Position numbers and translations under genes: made by a program. A DNA stretch of 42,643 nt from Solirubrobacteraceae bacterium. GTDB taxonomy: Bacteria > Actinomycetota > Thermoleophilia > Solirubrobacterales > Solirubrobacteraceae. The first letter of the stretch is position 1; the number at the start of each line of letters is the position of its first letter. The notes beneath the pieces are model-generated. The model ran no database searches. It had not been told where the DNA came from and worked only from the letters and a program-made list of their open reading frames with translations. The stretch covers positions 1 to 42,643 of the forward strand of contig JBEKRJ010000001.1 of NCBI GenBank assembly GCA_049518835.1, read 5' to 3'. Shown here in pieces: positions 26,488 through 35,908 of the stretch.

Positions 26488-27327
26488 TCAGGATACTGGC
26501 GCGGAGCGCTTACGCCAGTAGCGTTCCAGGCCGGCGTAGAGCTGCTCGGGCGGCGCCGCCTGCACGTACGTGTCGACAAGCTCGGCGCCGGCGCCGCGCT
26601 CGACGTCGGCGCGCACCGAGGCGATGAACTGGTCGAGATCGAGCTCTCGCGCGCGCTGCGCATGCGCGTCGAGCCGGCTGCCCACCTCGGCGAGCTGCGC
26701 CCCGACGTCGTCGCTGGCGCCGAAGTGCGTCATCGCGAGGCGCTCGGGCGCCCACGCGGCGACGCGCGCCAGCGACTCGTGCCACGCCTCGACGTCGATG
26801 TCGGGCGGCGGCGTCGGCGGGATCACCGGCCCGTAGCGCACGACGCGCACCCCGCCGACGTCGCCGACGTACGCCGTGCGTTCGTGCAGGTAGGAGACGT
26901 GGTGGTAGGCGTGGCCGGGCGTGTAGGCGACCTCGAAGCTGCCGCCGAACAGCCGCTCCCCGCCCTCGAGCACGTGCAGGCGCTGCTCGGGGACCGGCAC
27001 GATCTCGCCCCACAGTCGGTCCATGTCGTCGCCGTACAGGCGGCGCGCGCTGTGCAGCAGCTTCGTCGGGTCGATCAGGTGGGGCGCACCGCGCTCGTGC
27101 ACGTACACCTCGAGCTCGGGCCAGCGGGCGACCAGCGAGCCGCTCGCGCCGGCGTGGTCGAGATGGACGTGGGTCAGCAGCAGCGCGCGCGGGCGGTCGT
27201 CACCGAGCGCGGCGAGCAGCGTTTGCAGGCACGAGCTCGGCCCCGGGTCGATCAGGACGTCGTCGACCTGCCACACGCCGATCACGCGCCGGCGGCCGAG
27301 GTGCTCGAGGTCGATCAGGCGCGCCAC
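26488..27327 (-). CDS. metallo-beta-lactamase-fold hydrolase
   Basis: THVHLDHAG, TPGH, GD, TH. Confidence 0.92.
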   Translation of the reverse strand: MARLIDLEHLGRRRVIGVWQVDDVLIDPGPSSCLQTLLAALGDDRPRALLLTHVHLDHAGASGSLVARWPELEVYVHERGAPHLIDPTKLLHSARRLYGDDMDRLWGEIVPVPEQRLHVLEGGERLFGGSFEVAYTPGHAYHHVSYLHERTAYVGDVGGVRVVRYGPVIPPTPPPDIDVEAWHESLARVAAWAPERLAMTHFGASDDVGAQLAEVGSRLDAHAQRARELDLDQFIASVRADVERGAGAELVDTYVQAAPPEQLYAGLERYWRKRSAPVS

Positions 27328-28121
27328 TACCGCTCGCGGTCCGGGCGGGCGGGCGAGCGGCGCGGCGGCAGGATCATCGTGTCCTCGCGCTCGCTGAAAT
27401 CCTCGCCCGGGTCGAGGTCGTCGCCCTCGTCGAGCTCCCCGTCACCGGCTCGGGCCGGCGCCGCCCGCTGCGCGGCCGGCGTGTGCGGCGCGGCCGGCGT
27501 GTGCGGCGCGACCGGCGTGTGCGGCGCGACCGGCATGGGCGCCGCCGCCCGGGTGCTGGTGACGGCCGGCGCGACCTCGGTCGTGTCGGCATCGGGCGCC
27601 GGCTCGGCCTCGTCTGCCGGCGGGAACCGCGCCGCGGCCGAGTCGGCGAGCTCGAGCAGCTGTCGCGCGAGCTCGCGCGCGTCGTCGACGATCCGCTGGC
27701 GCTCGGCCCAGATGCGGTCGGCGTCCGCGTCGAGGTCCTTAACGCGCTCGCGCGCGTCGGCGGTGATCTCGGCGGCCTCGTCGCGCGCCCGCTCGAGCCG
27801 TTCCTCGGCCTCGCTGCGGGACTGGGCGGTGATCTGCTCGGCGGTGTCGTGCGCGCGCTGCAGGATCCCCGAGATCTGCTCTCCGACCCGTTCGAGCGCC
27901 CGCTTGACGGCGGCCTCGGGCGAGTGGTTGGCTTGGAGCTCGGCGAGCAGCTGACCGGTTCGCTTTACGTACGCGTCGACCGCGGGGCGGTCATAGCCGC
28001 GCAGCACGATCGGGAAGTCAACCGTGAGCCGCTTGAGCTCGGCCTCGGAGACCGTCGCCAGCGGCGCTGTGATCTCCTGCATGATCGCGTGCTCACGGGC
28101 TGCGGAGCTTTGATCTGGCAT
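27327..28121 (-). CDS. DivIVA-domain coiled-coil protein
   Basis: FPIVLRGYDRPAVDAYV DivIVA motif, coiled coil, disordered tail; start 28121 or 28127. Confidence 0.85.
   Translation of the reverse strand: MPDQSSAAREHAIMQEITAPLATVSEAELKRLTVDFPIVLRGYDRPAVDAYVKRTGQLLAELQANHSPEAAVKRALERVGEQISGILQRAHDTAEQITAQSRSEAEERLERARDEAAEITADARERVKDLDADADRIWAERQRIVDDARELARQLLELADSAAARFPPADEAEPAPDADTTEVAPAVTSTRAAAPMPVAPHTPVAPHTPAAPHTPAAQRAAPARAGDGELDEGDDLDPGEDFSEREDTMILPPRRSPARPDRER
27471..27536. repeat. 18-bp in-frame tandem repeat, about 3.5 copies (P[V/A]APHT)
   Basis: CGCG[G/A]CCGGCGTGTGCGG units at 27471, 27489, 27507. Confidence 0.85.
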
Positions 28122-28156
28122 GCTCATCCACCTTACCGGCTCATAGAATGGTTCCC

Positions 28157-30214
28157 ATGTCGGAGTCATTTTCACCGCGCCTGCCCGAGCGCGATCGGCC
28201 GTGGATGATGCGTACCTACGCAGGTCACTCCGACGCCCGGCGCTCCAATGAGCTGTACCGCCGCAACCTCGCCAAGGGCCAGACGGGCCTGTCGGTTGCG
28301 TTTGACCTTCCAACCCAAACCGGCTATGACCCAGATCACGAGCTGGCGCGGGGAGAGGTCGGCAAGGTCGGCGTGTCGGTCGCCCACCGCGGCGACATGC
28401 GCACGCTGCTGGAGGGCATCCCGCTCGACCAGATGAACACCTCGATGACGATCAACGCGACCGCGGCGTGGCTGCTGGCGCTGTACATCGTCAGCGCCGA
28501 GGATCAAGGAGTAGCGGAGCGCCAGCTGCAGGGCACGACCCAGAACGACATCCTCAAGGAGTACCTCAGCCGCGGCACGTACGCGTTCCCGCCGGGCCCG
28601 AGCATGCGCCTGATCGCGGACATGATCGCCTACACGGTGACCAACGTGCCGAAGTGGAACCCGATCAACATCTGCTCCTATCACCTCCAGGAGGCGGGCG
28701 CGACGCCGGTGCAGGAGATCGCGTTCGCGCTCAGCAACGCGATCGCGGTGCTCGACGCGGTCCGCGACCGCTGCGGCCCGGAGCTGATGGGCAACGTGTT
28801 CGAGCGGATCTCGTTCTTCGTCAACGCCGGCGTCCGCTTCGTCGAGGAGCACGCGAAGCTGCGCGCGATGTCGCGCCTGTGGGACGACCTCGGCCGCGAG
28901 CGCTACGGCGTGGAGGACGAACAGCAACGGCGCTTTCGCTACGGCGTGCAGGTCAACTCGCTCGGCCTGACCGAGGCCCAGCCGGAGAACAACGTCTACC
29001 GGATCGCGCTCGAGGCGCTGTCGGTGACGCTCGGCCGTGACGCCCGCGCGCGGGCGCTGCAGCTGCCGGCCTGGAACGAGGCGCTCGGCCTACCGCGGCC
29101 GTGGGACCAGCAGTGGTCGCTGCGCCTGCAGCAGATCCTCGCGTATGAGACCGACCTGCTCGAGTACCCCGACATCTTCGAGGGCTCGAAGGTGATGGAC
29201 GGCCTCGTCGAGGAGCTGATCGCCGGCGCGCGCGACGAGATGGCACGCGTCGCCGAGCTCGGCGGCGCCGTCCAGGCGGTCGACTACATGAAGTCGGCGC
29301 TGGTCGAGTCCCACGGCGAGCGCTGGCGGCGGATCGAATCGGGCGAGCTGACCGTGGTCGGCATGAACCGCTTCGACTCGACCGAGCCCTCGCCGCTGAC
29401 CGCGGACGCCGAGGGCGGGATCTTGCACGTCGACCCCGAGGTCGAGGCCGAGCAGCAGGCGGCGCTGCAGCGCTGGCGCGTGGGGCGCGACCAGGCGGCG
29501 GTCGATGCGGCGCTGGCGCAGCTCGCCCGCGTCGCCCGCGACCACGACGAGAACATCATGCCGGCGACGATCGCGGCGGCGCGCGCCGGCGCGACGACCG
29601 GCGAGTGGTCGCAGACGCTGCGCGACGTGTTCGGCGAGTACCGCGCGCCGACGGGAGTCGGCGAGGCGGCCGGGGGCGCAGCCGCGAGCGAGCAGATCGC
29701 CGAGCTGCGCGACGAGGTCGAGCGCGTCAGCGAGGCGCTCGGGCGACGGCTGAAGTTCCTCGTCGGCAAGCCCGGCCTCGACGGTCACTCCAACGGCGCC
29801 GAGCAAATTGCGGTCCGCGCGCGCGACGCCGGCATGGACGTCGTCTACGAGGGAATCCGGCTGACGCCGGCGCAGATCGCCAACTCCGCTTCCCAGGAGG
29901 GCGTGCACGTCGTCGGGCTGTCGATCCTGTCGGGCTCGCACCGCGAGCTGATCCCGTCGGTGCTCGAAGCGCTCCGCGACGCCGGCGCCGGCGATGTCCC
30001 CGTGATCGTCGGCGGCATCATCCCGGAGGCGGACGCCGACTGGTTGCGTGAGATCGGCGTCGCCGGCGTCTACACGCCCAAGGACTGGCACCTGAACGGA
30101 ATGATGCGCGACATCATCGCGCTCGTCGGCGAGCGGCTGGGCGGCTTGGACGCGGTCCGAGCGGGCGCGGCCGGACGCGCGACCGAGGGCGTCGACACCG
30201 CCGCCCCGGCTTGA
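28157..30214 (+). CDS. meaA: B12-dependent ethylmalonyl-CoA mutase (MeaA/Ecm)
   Basis: DRPWMMRTYAGHS, GLSVAFDLPTQTGYD, QLPAWNEALGLPRPWDQQW, GKPGLDGHSNGAEQIA. Confidence 0.9.
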   Translation: MSESFSPRLPERDRPWMMRTYAGHSDARRSNELYRRNLAKGQTGLSVAFDLPTQTGYDPDHELARGEVGKVGVSVAHRGDMRTLLEGIPLDQMNTSMTINATAAWLLALYIVSAEDQGVAERQLQGTTQNDILKEYLSRGTYAFPPGPSMRLIADMIAYTVTNVPKWNPINICSYHLQEAGATPVQEIAFALSNAIAVLDAVRDRCGPELMGNVFERISFFVNAGVRFVEEHAKLRAMSRLWDDLGRERYGVEDEQQRRFRYGVQVNSLGLTEAQPENNVYRIALEALSVTLGRDARARALQLPAWNEALGLPRPWDQQWSLRLQQILAYETDLLEYPDIFEGSKVMDGLVEELIAGARDEMARVAELGGAVQAVDYMKSALVESHGERWRRIESGELTVVGMNRFDSTEPSPLTADAEGGILHVDPEVEAEQQAALQRWRVGRDQAAVDAALAQLARVARDHDENIMPATIAAARAGATTGEWSQTLRDVFGEYRAPTGVGEAAGGAAASEQIAELRDEVERVSEALGRRLKFLVGKPGLDGHSNGAEQIAVRARDAGMDVVYEGIRLTPAQIANSASQEGVHVVGLSILSGSHRELIPSVLEALRDAGAGDVPVIVGGIIPEADADWLREIGVAGVYTPKDWHLNGMMRDIIALVGERLGGLDAVRAGAAGRATEGVDTAAPA

Positions 30215-31182
30215 ATCGCGGCGCCGCGGCCGACGGGCGCGAGCTCGGCGCACGGCTGCGGGCGCGCGACCTGAGCGCCGCGCCCGCGGTCCTCAATCTC
30301 GTCGAGAGCAACGCGCCGCAGGCCCGCGCGCAGGCGGCGCAGCTGCTCGCCTCGGTGTCCCCCGCCGCGCTCGGCGGCGAGGCGCCCGCGCACGTCGTGG
30401 GCATCACCGGGCCCCCGGGCGTCGGCAAGTCATCACTGTTGTCGCGGCTGGTCGCGCACTGGCGCTCGCTGCAGCGCTCGGTCGCGGTGCTCGCGGTCGA
30501 TCCCAGCTCGCGGCGCTCGGGCGGCGCGCTGCTGGGCGATCGCGCGCGGATCGAGGTCGACCCGCGCGATCGCGCCGTGTTCATCCGCTCGACCGCCGCC
30601 GGTGACCGGCTCGGCGGCCTCGCGCCCGCGACCCGCGCCGCGGCGAGCGCGCTGGCGGCCGCGTTCGACGTGGTCGTGATCGAGACCGTCGGCGTCGGGC
30701 AGTCCGAGACCGATGTGGCCGACGTCGCCGACACCGTCGCGGTCGTCGTCCAGCCCGGCTCGGGTGACGTGCTGCAGTTCCTCAAGGCGGGGATCATGGA
30801 GGTGCCCGACGTGCTCGCGGTGACCAAGGCCGACCTCGGGTCGATCGCGACCCGCGCGGTCGGCGACCTGCGGGCGGCGCTGCGCTCGCTGGGGGCCCGG
30901 GCAACGGCGATCGTCGCGGTCTCCTCGCTGGCGCCGCCGTCTGGGATCGGCGAGCTCGCGCAGGCACTCGACGCGCACCGCGAGTCGTTGTCGCTGGTGG
31001 CGCGGCGGTTGCACGCGCGTCGCATGCACGCGCTCGACGACTTCGTCTGCGAGCACGGGCAGCGTGGGCTGCGCGCGCTCGTGGGCCGGCGCGAGGCCGA
31101 GCGGTGGCTCGCCAGGCAGGACCAGCAGCTCGACGTGCCGGCGCTGGCGACCGCGCTGGAACGCCGCGCCGGAGTCGGCTGA
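30211..31182 (+). CDS. meaB: MeaB/ArgK G-protein chaperone of B12 mutase
   Basis: GITGPPGVGKS, AVDPSS, GGALLGDR, IETVGVGQSE; TTGA overlap with the mutase gene. Confidence 0.92.
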   Translation: MNRGAAADGRELGARLRARDLSAAPAVLNLVESNAPQARAQAAQLLASVSPAALGGEAPAHVVGITGPPGVGKSSLLSRLVAHWRSLQRSVAVLAVDPSSRRSGGALLGDRARIEVDPRDRAVFIRSTAAGDRLGGLAPATRAAASALAAAFDVVVIETVGVGQSETDVADVADTVAVVVQPGSGDVLQFLKAGIMEVPDVLAVTKADLGSIATRAVGDLRAALRSLGARATAIVAVSSLAPPSGIGELAQALDAHRESLSLVARRLHARRMHALDDFVCEHGQRGLRALVGRREAERWLARQDQQLDVPALATALERRAGVG

Positions 31183-31187
31183 CGGCC

Positions 31188-31775
31188 GTGGGCTGGGGCT
31201 CGCCTGCCGCGCGGGCGATCGTGTTGCCCGCAGCCCCGCTCGTGCGCGGCCCGACTGCGCTGCGGCCATGGCGCGACACCGACATCAGTGAGCTGGTCGA
31301 CCTCTGCCAGGACCCCGAGCTGTCGCGCTGGACCCGGGTCCCGTCGCCGTACGGCATCAGCGACGCGCGCGCGTACCTGATGGCGCGCTACGACGCGCTG
31401 TATGCGGGCGTCACGGCGCCGTTTGCGATCGTCGCCGCCGACGACGACGAGCGGTTGCTCGGCTCGACCTCGTTGATGGCGTTGTCATGGGAGCATGCGC
31501 GCGCCGAGATCGGCTACTGGCTCGGGCGCGAGGCGCGCGGCCACGGTCACGCGACCCGCGCCGTGGCGCTGCTGTGCGGATGGGGATTTGAGCACTGCGA
31601 GCTGCAGCGGATCGAGCTGCGCGCGGCGACCGGCAACCTCGCCTCGCAACGCGTTGCGGAGCGGTCGGGGTTCACGCGCGAGGCGATCCAGCGCTCGTAC
31701 TTCCGCGGCCGCGACGGGCGCCAGGACGTGATCGCGTTCGGGCTGCTGCGCGACGAGCGCGATGCGGTTTTGTAG
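31188..31775 (+). CDS. GNAT acetyltransferase, RimJ/RimL type
   Basis: LRPW, AEIGYWL, RGHGHAT, NLASQRVAERSGF; start uncertain (31179/31188/31221). Confidence 0.88.
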   Translation: MGWGSPAARAIVLPAAPLVRGPTALRPWRDTDISELVDLCQDPELSRWTRVPSPYGISDARAYLMARYDALYAGVTAPFAIVAADDDERLLGSTSLMALSWEHARAEIGYWLGREARGHGHATRAVALLCGWGFEHCELQRIELRAATGNLASQRVAERSGFTREAIQRSYFRGRDGRQDVIAFGLLRDERDAVL

Positions 31776-31789
31776 GCTTGGTCAAGTCT

Positions 31790-32785
31790 ATGGATCTCGA
31801 GCCGCTACGCGACGGCCACGGCCGCCTGATCGGCGACGTGCGCGTGTCGGTCACCGACCGTTGCAACTTCCGCTGCCAGTACTGCATGCCCGCGGAGGGC
31901 CTGCCGTGGCTGGAGCGAGCCGAGATCCTCAGCTTCGAGGAGATCGCGCGGCTGATCGGCCTGCTGGCGCGGATGGGCGTCCACGACGTGCGGCTGACCG
32001 GCGGCGAGCCGCTCGTGCGGCGCGAGTTCCCGGTGCTGGCCGCGATGCTCGCGCAGCTCGACGGCGTCGATGACCTGTCGCTGACGACCAACGGCTACCT
32101 ACTCGCGCGCGACGCGGAAGCGCTCGTGCGCGCCGGCGTGAACCGCTTCAACGTGTCGCTGGACTCGCTGCAGCGCGACCGCTTCTACGAGCTGACGCGG
32201 CGCGACGCGCTGCCCCGGGTGCTCGCCGGGCTCGACGCGCTGGCCGCGTTCCCGGAGGCGCATCCGATCAAGATCAACGCGGTCGCGATCCGCGGCTTCA
32301 CCGAGCAGGAGCTGATCCCGTTCGCCCGGCTGGCACGCCGCACCCCCTACGAGGTCCGCTTCATCGAGTTCATGCCACTCGACGCCGATCGCGCCTGGAC
32401 GCCGGCGCAGGTGCTGAGCGGACGCGAGATCCGCGCCGCGATCAGCGAGGTGTACCCGCTTGAGCCCGCGCCGCGCGAGGCGCACGCGACCGCGCGCGTG
32501 TACCGGTTTGCCGACGGCCGGGGGCGGATCGGGTTCATCAACCCGGTCTCCGAGCCGTTCTGCGCCGACTGCAACCGCATCAGGCTGACCGCCGACGGGC
32601 GCCTGCGCACCTGCCTGTTCTCGCTCAACGAGACCGATCTGAGGGCGCCGCTCCGCGCCGGCGCCGACGACGACGAGCTCGAGCAGGTGATCCGTGACGC
32701 GGTCTGGCACAAGGAGCTCAAGCACCACGTCGGCGAGCCCGGCTTCATCCAGCCGCGCCGGACGATGTCCGCGATCGGCGGCTGA
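31790..32785 (+). CDS. moaA: GTP 3',8-cyclase
   Basis: RVSVTDRCNFRCQYCMP, TGGEP, FCADCNRIR...C, C-terminal MSAIGG. Confidence 0.96.
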   Translation: MDLEPLRDGHGRLIGDVRVSVTDRCNFRCQYCMPAEGLPWLERAEILSFEEIARLIGLLARMGVHDVRLTGGEPLVRREFPVLAAMLAQLDGVDDLSLTTNGYLLARDAEALVRAGVNRFNVSLDSLQRDRFYELTRRDALPRVLAGLDALAAFPEAHPIKINAVAIRGFTEQELIPFARLARRTPYEVRFIEFMPLDADRAWTPAQVLSGREIRAAISEVYPLEPAPREAHATARVYRFADGRGRIGFINPVSEPFCADCNRIRLTADGRLRTCLFSLNETDLRAPLRAGADDDELEQVIRDAVWHKELKHHVGEPGFIQPRRTMSAIGG

Positions 32786-32920
32786 CTGACCGAAAGCGCG
32801 GCGACGCGGGCGCGGCAGCCGACCGGAGCCGATCGCGGCAAGGGTGGCGGACGGAGTGCACCCACCGAACTCGTGAATCCTTAATGGTCTCGCAACGTCC
32901 TCGTTGCATCATCGGCACGG

Positions 32921-34705
32921 ATGCTCCTGTTGCTGCTGTTCGCGCTGATCGCCGGCGCCGGCACCGCGATCACGCCGTGCGTGCTGCCGGTGCTGCCGGC
33001 GCTGCTGTCGGCCGGCGCCGCCGGCGGGCGCCGGCGGCCGCTCGGGATCGTGATCGGGCTCGGGCTCGCGTTCACGATCGCGATCATCGCGCTGGCGCAG
33101 CTCGTCAAGGGCGTCGGCCTGGCGAGCGGCGCCGCGCGGACGGCGGCGGTGTTCGTGCTGCTGGCGTTCGGCCTCGTGCTGCTGGTCCCGGAGCTGGCCG
33201 CGCGCGTGCAGGCGCCGCTGTCGCGACTGGCGCGCTTCGGGCCGCGGACGCGCGGCACCGGGTTCTGGTCCGGGCTTGGCGTCGGCGGCGCGCTCGGGTT
33301 CGTGTGCGCGCCCTGCGCGGGGCCGATCCTGGCGGCCGTCACGTCGGTCAGCGCCACCAGCGGCGCGACGGCGAAGGTCGTCGCGGTGGCGGTCGCGTAC
33401 ACGGCCGGCCTCAGCGCGATGATGCTGCTGTACGCGCTCGGGGGGCGCGCGGTGATCGGCCGCATCCGCCGCTCGGCGCGCGGGTACGTCGTCGAGCGCT
33501 CGCTGGGCGTGGTGCTGCTGATCACCGGCCTCGTGATGGCTTTCAACCTCGACGTCCGCTTCGAGGACGCGCTCGCCAGCGACACGAGCTTGCCGGCGAT
33601 TCTGGTCGACCCGACGCGGTCGCTGGAGAACTCCGGCGCGGTCCAGAAGCGGCTCGCGGCGCTGCGACCGCCGTCACGGTTCGCGACCGGCAAGGTCGCC
33701 TCGACGGTGCCTCCGACCGCCTCGATGATCGGCGTTTCGATCCCCGGCGTGCAGACGCCGTCGCTGCCCAATCGGGGCACGGCGCCTGACTTCACCGACA
33801 CGCAGCGGTGGTTCAACACGCCCGGTGACCAGCCGCTGACGATGGCCGAGCTACGCGGGCACGTCGTGCTGATCGACTTCTGGACCTACACCTGCATCAA
33901 CTGCATCCGCACGCTGCCGTTCGTCAAGGGGCTGTACGCCACCTACCACCGCTACGGGCTGGACGTCGTCGGGATCGAGACGCCGGAGTTCACGTTCGAG
34001 CAGGAGGCCGGCAACGTCGCGCAGGCGATCAAGTCAGACGGGATCCGCTACCCGGTCGTACAGGACAACGACTACGGCACCTGGAACGCCTACCAGAACG
34101 CGTACTGGCCGGCCGAGTATTACGTCGACGCCAACGGCGACGTGCGCCACACGCAGTTCGGCGAGGGCGACTACAAGCAGGACGAGGCCGCCGTGCGCCA
34201 GCTGCTCTACGACGCCGGCGCGCGCAGCCTGCCGACGCCGATGACCGCCACCGCGATCATGCCCTCGGCGGCGCTCGGGACGCCGGAGACGTATCTCGAC
34301 GACGAGCGCTCGCAGGGCTACGCGCAGCCGCTGCGCGCCGGCGTGCACTTCTACGCCGGCGTCGACGACCCGGCGATCAACGAGTTCGCGCTGCACGGCA
34401 CGTGGGACGTCGGCTCGCAATCCGCGACGCCCGAGTCGGCTGGCGCGACGATCGAGGGCGGCTTCCAGGCCCAGCACGTGTACCTGGTCCTGACCTCCGC
34501 CGGCAACATCCCGCGCCGGGTGTCGGTGCTGCTCGACGGCCGTCCGATCCCGGCCGCGGACGCCGGCGCGGACGTGCACGACGGCGTCGTCACGGTTGTC
34601 GGCCAGCGGCTGTACTCGCTGGTGTCGCTTCCCGCCGACCAGCAGGACGCGCTGACCGTCGAGGTTCCCGAGGGCGTCAGCGCCTACGACTTCACCTTCG
34701 GGTGA
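32921..34705 (+). CDS. dipZ: DipZ-like CcdA-thioredoxin fusion
   Basis: TPCVLPVLP, APCAGPIL, DFWTYTCINC, ETPEF, C-terminal beta domain ending YDFTFG. Confidence 0.9.
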   Translation: MLLLLLFALIAGAGTAITPCVLPVLPALLSAGAAGGRRRPLGIVIGLGLAFTIAIIALAQLVKGVGLASGAARTAAVFVLLAFGLVLLVPELAARVQAPLSRLARFGPRTRGTGFWSGLGVGGALGFVCAPCAGPILAAVTSVSATSGATAKVVAVAVAYTAGLSAMMLLYALGGRAVIGRIRRSARGYVVERSLGVVLLITGLVMAFNLDVRFEDALASDTSLPAILVDPTRSLENSGAVQKRLAALRPPSRFATGKVASTVPPTASMIGVSIPGVQTPSLPNRGTAPDFTDTQRWFNTPGDQPLTMAELRGHVVLIDFWTYTCINCIRTLPFVKGLYATYHRYGLDVVGIETPEFTFEQEAGNVAQAIKSDGIRYPVVQDNDYGTWNAYQNAYWPAEYYVDANGDVRHTQFGEGDYKQDEAAVRQLLYDAGARSLPTPMTATAIMPSAALGTPETYLDDERSQGYAQPLRAGVHFYAGVDDPAINEFALHGTWDVGSQSATPESAGATIEGGFQAQHVYLVLTSAGNIPRRVSVLLDGRPIPAADAGADVHDGVVTVVGQRLYSLVSLPADQQDALTVEVPEGVSAYDFTFG

Positions 34706-35301
34706 GTCCGCTGGCGGTCCAGCAGCCCGGCGGCCTGGAGGATGTCCTCGGGGGCGTTGACGTTGAACAGCTCATCGGGATCCTCGACCTCCAGCAGCCG
34801 CGGCGAGAGCGCCGCGACGATCTCGGTCAGCGGCGCGTCAGGCGTCTGCGCGGCGGCTCGCAGGGGCCCGAGCGCCCTCCGGTAGTAGCAGCCCAGCAGC
34901 GGCTGCATTGCCCCGCGGCAGCTTGCGATCACCGCCGGCGCCTTGCCCGGATCGGCCTGCGCCAGCCTCGTGATCAGCGCCGGGGAGACGAACGGCAGGT
35001 CCACCGCGCACACCACCACGGGCCTGTCGCCGGCGACCCCGAGCGCCTCGATCAGCCCGATCAGCGGATGGCGCGGCGCGTCGGGCTCGATCCAGACTGT
35101 CACGCCGGGCATGCTCGGCAGCTCGCTGTCTGACTTCGCGATCACCGCGACCTCACGCAGCGCCGCGGCGAGCGCCTCGAGCGGATAGCTGATCAGGGGT
35201 CGGCCGGCAAGCTCGACGATCGCCTTGTCGCCGCCGAGACGTCGCCCCAGGCCACCCGCCAGCACCACCCCGATCGGCTTGCGTCGGCGGCGTATCACCA
35301 T
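34684..35301 (-). CDS. mobA: molybdenum cofactor guanylyltransferase
   Basis: VLAGGLGRRLGGDKA, PLIG, AVDLPFV, FNVNAPED. Confidence 0.88.
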   Translation of the reverse strand: MVIRRRRKPIGVVLAGGLGRRLGGDKAIVELAGRPLISYPLEALAAALREVAVIAKSDSELPSMPGVTVWIEPDAPRHPLIGLIEALGVAGDRPVVVCAVDLPFVSPALITRLAQADPGKAPAVIASCRGAMQPLLGCYYRRALGPLRAAAQTPDAPLTEIVAALSPRLLEVEDPDELFNVNAPEDILQAAGLLDRQRTHPKVKS

Positions 35302-35344
35302 GCCGCCGGATGGTCGCACATTGAGCCATCGTAGAATCAAACCG

Positions 35345-35908
35345 ATGGAGGGCTCAACCGAGGTCAAAAGCTGGCTGCGCTGCTACCGATGCTGGTCGCA
35401 GAATCTCGAGGTACAGGTCCATTACGAGGGAATCCATAAGATCGATCCCGACAGCGGCGAACGCGGCGAGGTCGTCGACGAGATGCAGGAGGCGGTCGTG
35501 CAGTGCCTGGAGTGCATGCACGATCAGCCGCACCTGGGCTTTCACAACGGCCGCGTCGAGCCGATCGAGGATCGCTGGGAGCGGATGATCGCAGGGACGC
35601 CGTGGGTCGCCTCGTGCACGGTGACCGTCGAAGCCGACGATGTCGAGACCTGCTCGGGCCCCGAGGCCGGCGATGCGCTCTCCTACGCCGCCTTCGGCGA
35701 CCACGGAACCCGCGAGTTCTTCACGCATGTGCGCTTTCACAAGCACGACGAGGATCGGATCGTCGTCCACCTGCTGGTCGAGCTGTACGCGCGCTCGGCC
35801 GAGGAGGCAACCGAGGTGCTCGAGGAGGCCGCCCGCGGCGCCCTCGCGATCACATCGCTTGCTGAGGAGTCGCGCCCGCCGGCATCGACCGGCGACGGGC
35901 AGCACTGA
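35345..35908 (+). CDS. hypothetical protein with N-terminal zinc ribbon (CxxC...CxxC)
   Basis: CYRC and CLEC about 37 aa apart; acidic C-terminal domain; TAGAAT 7 nt before ATG. Confidence 0.78.
   Translation: MEGSTEVKSWLRCYRCWSQNLEVQVHYEGIHKIDPDSGERGEVVDEMQEAVVQCLECMHDQPHLGFHNGRVEPIEDRWERMIAGTPWVASCTVTVEADDVETCSGPEAGDALSYAAFGDHGTREFFTHVRFHKHDEDRIVVHLLVELYARSAEEATEVLEEAARGALAITSLAEESRPPASTGDGQH

Noticed and set aside
32786-32920. SigK-like ECF promoter or Moco riboswitch before dipZ
   Set aside because: Only a weak CGATCG-N15-ACGGA resemblance; not supportable
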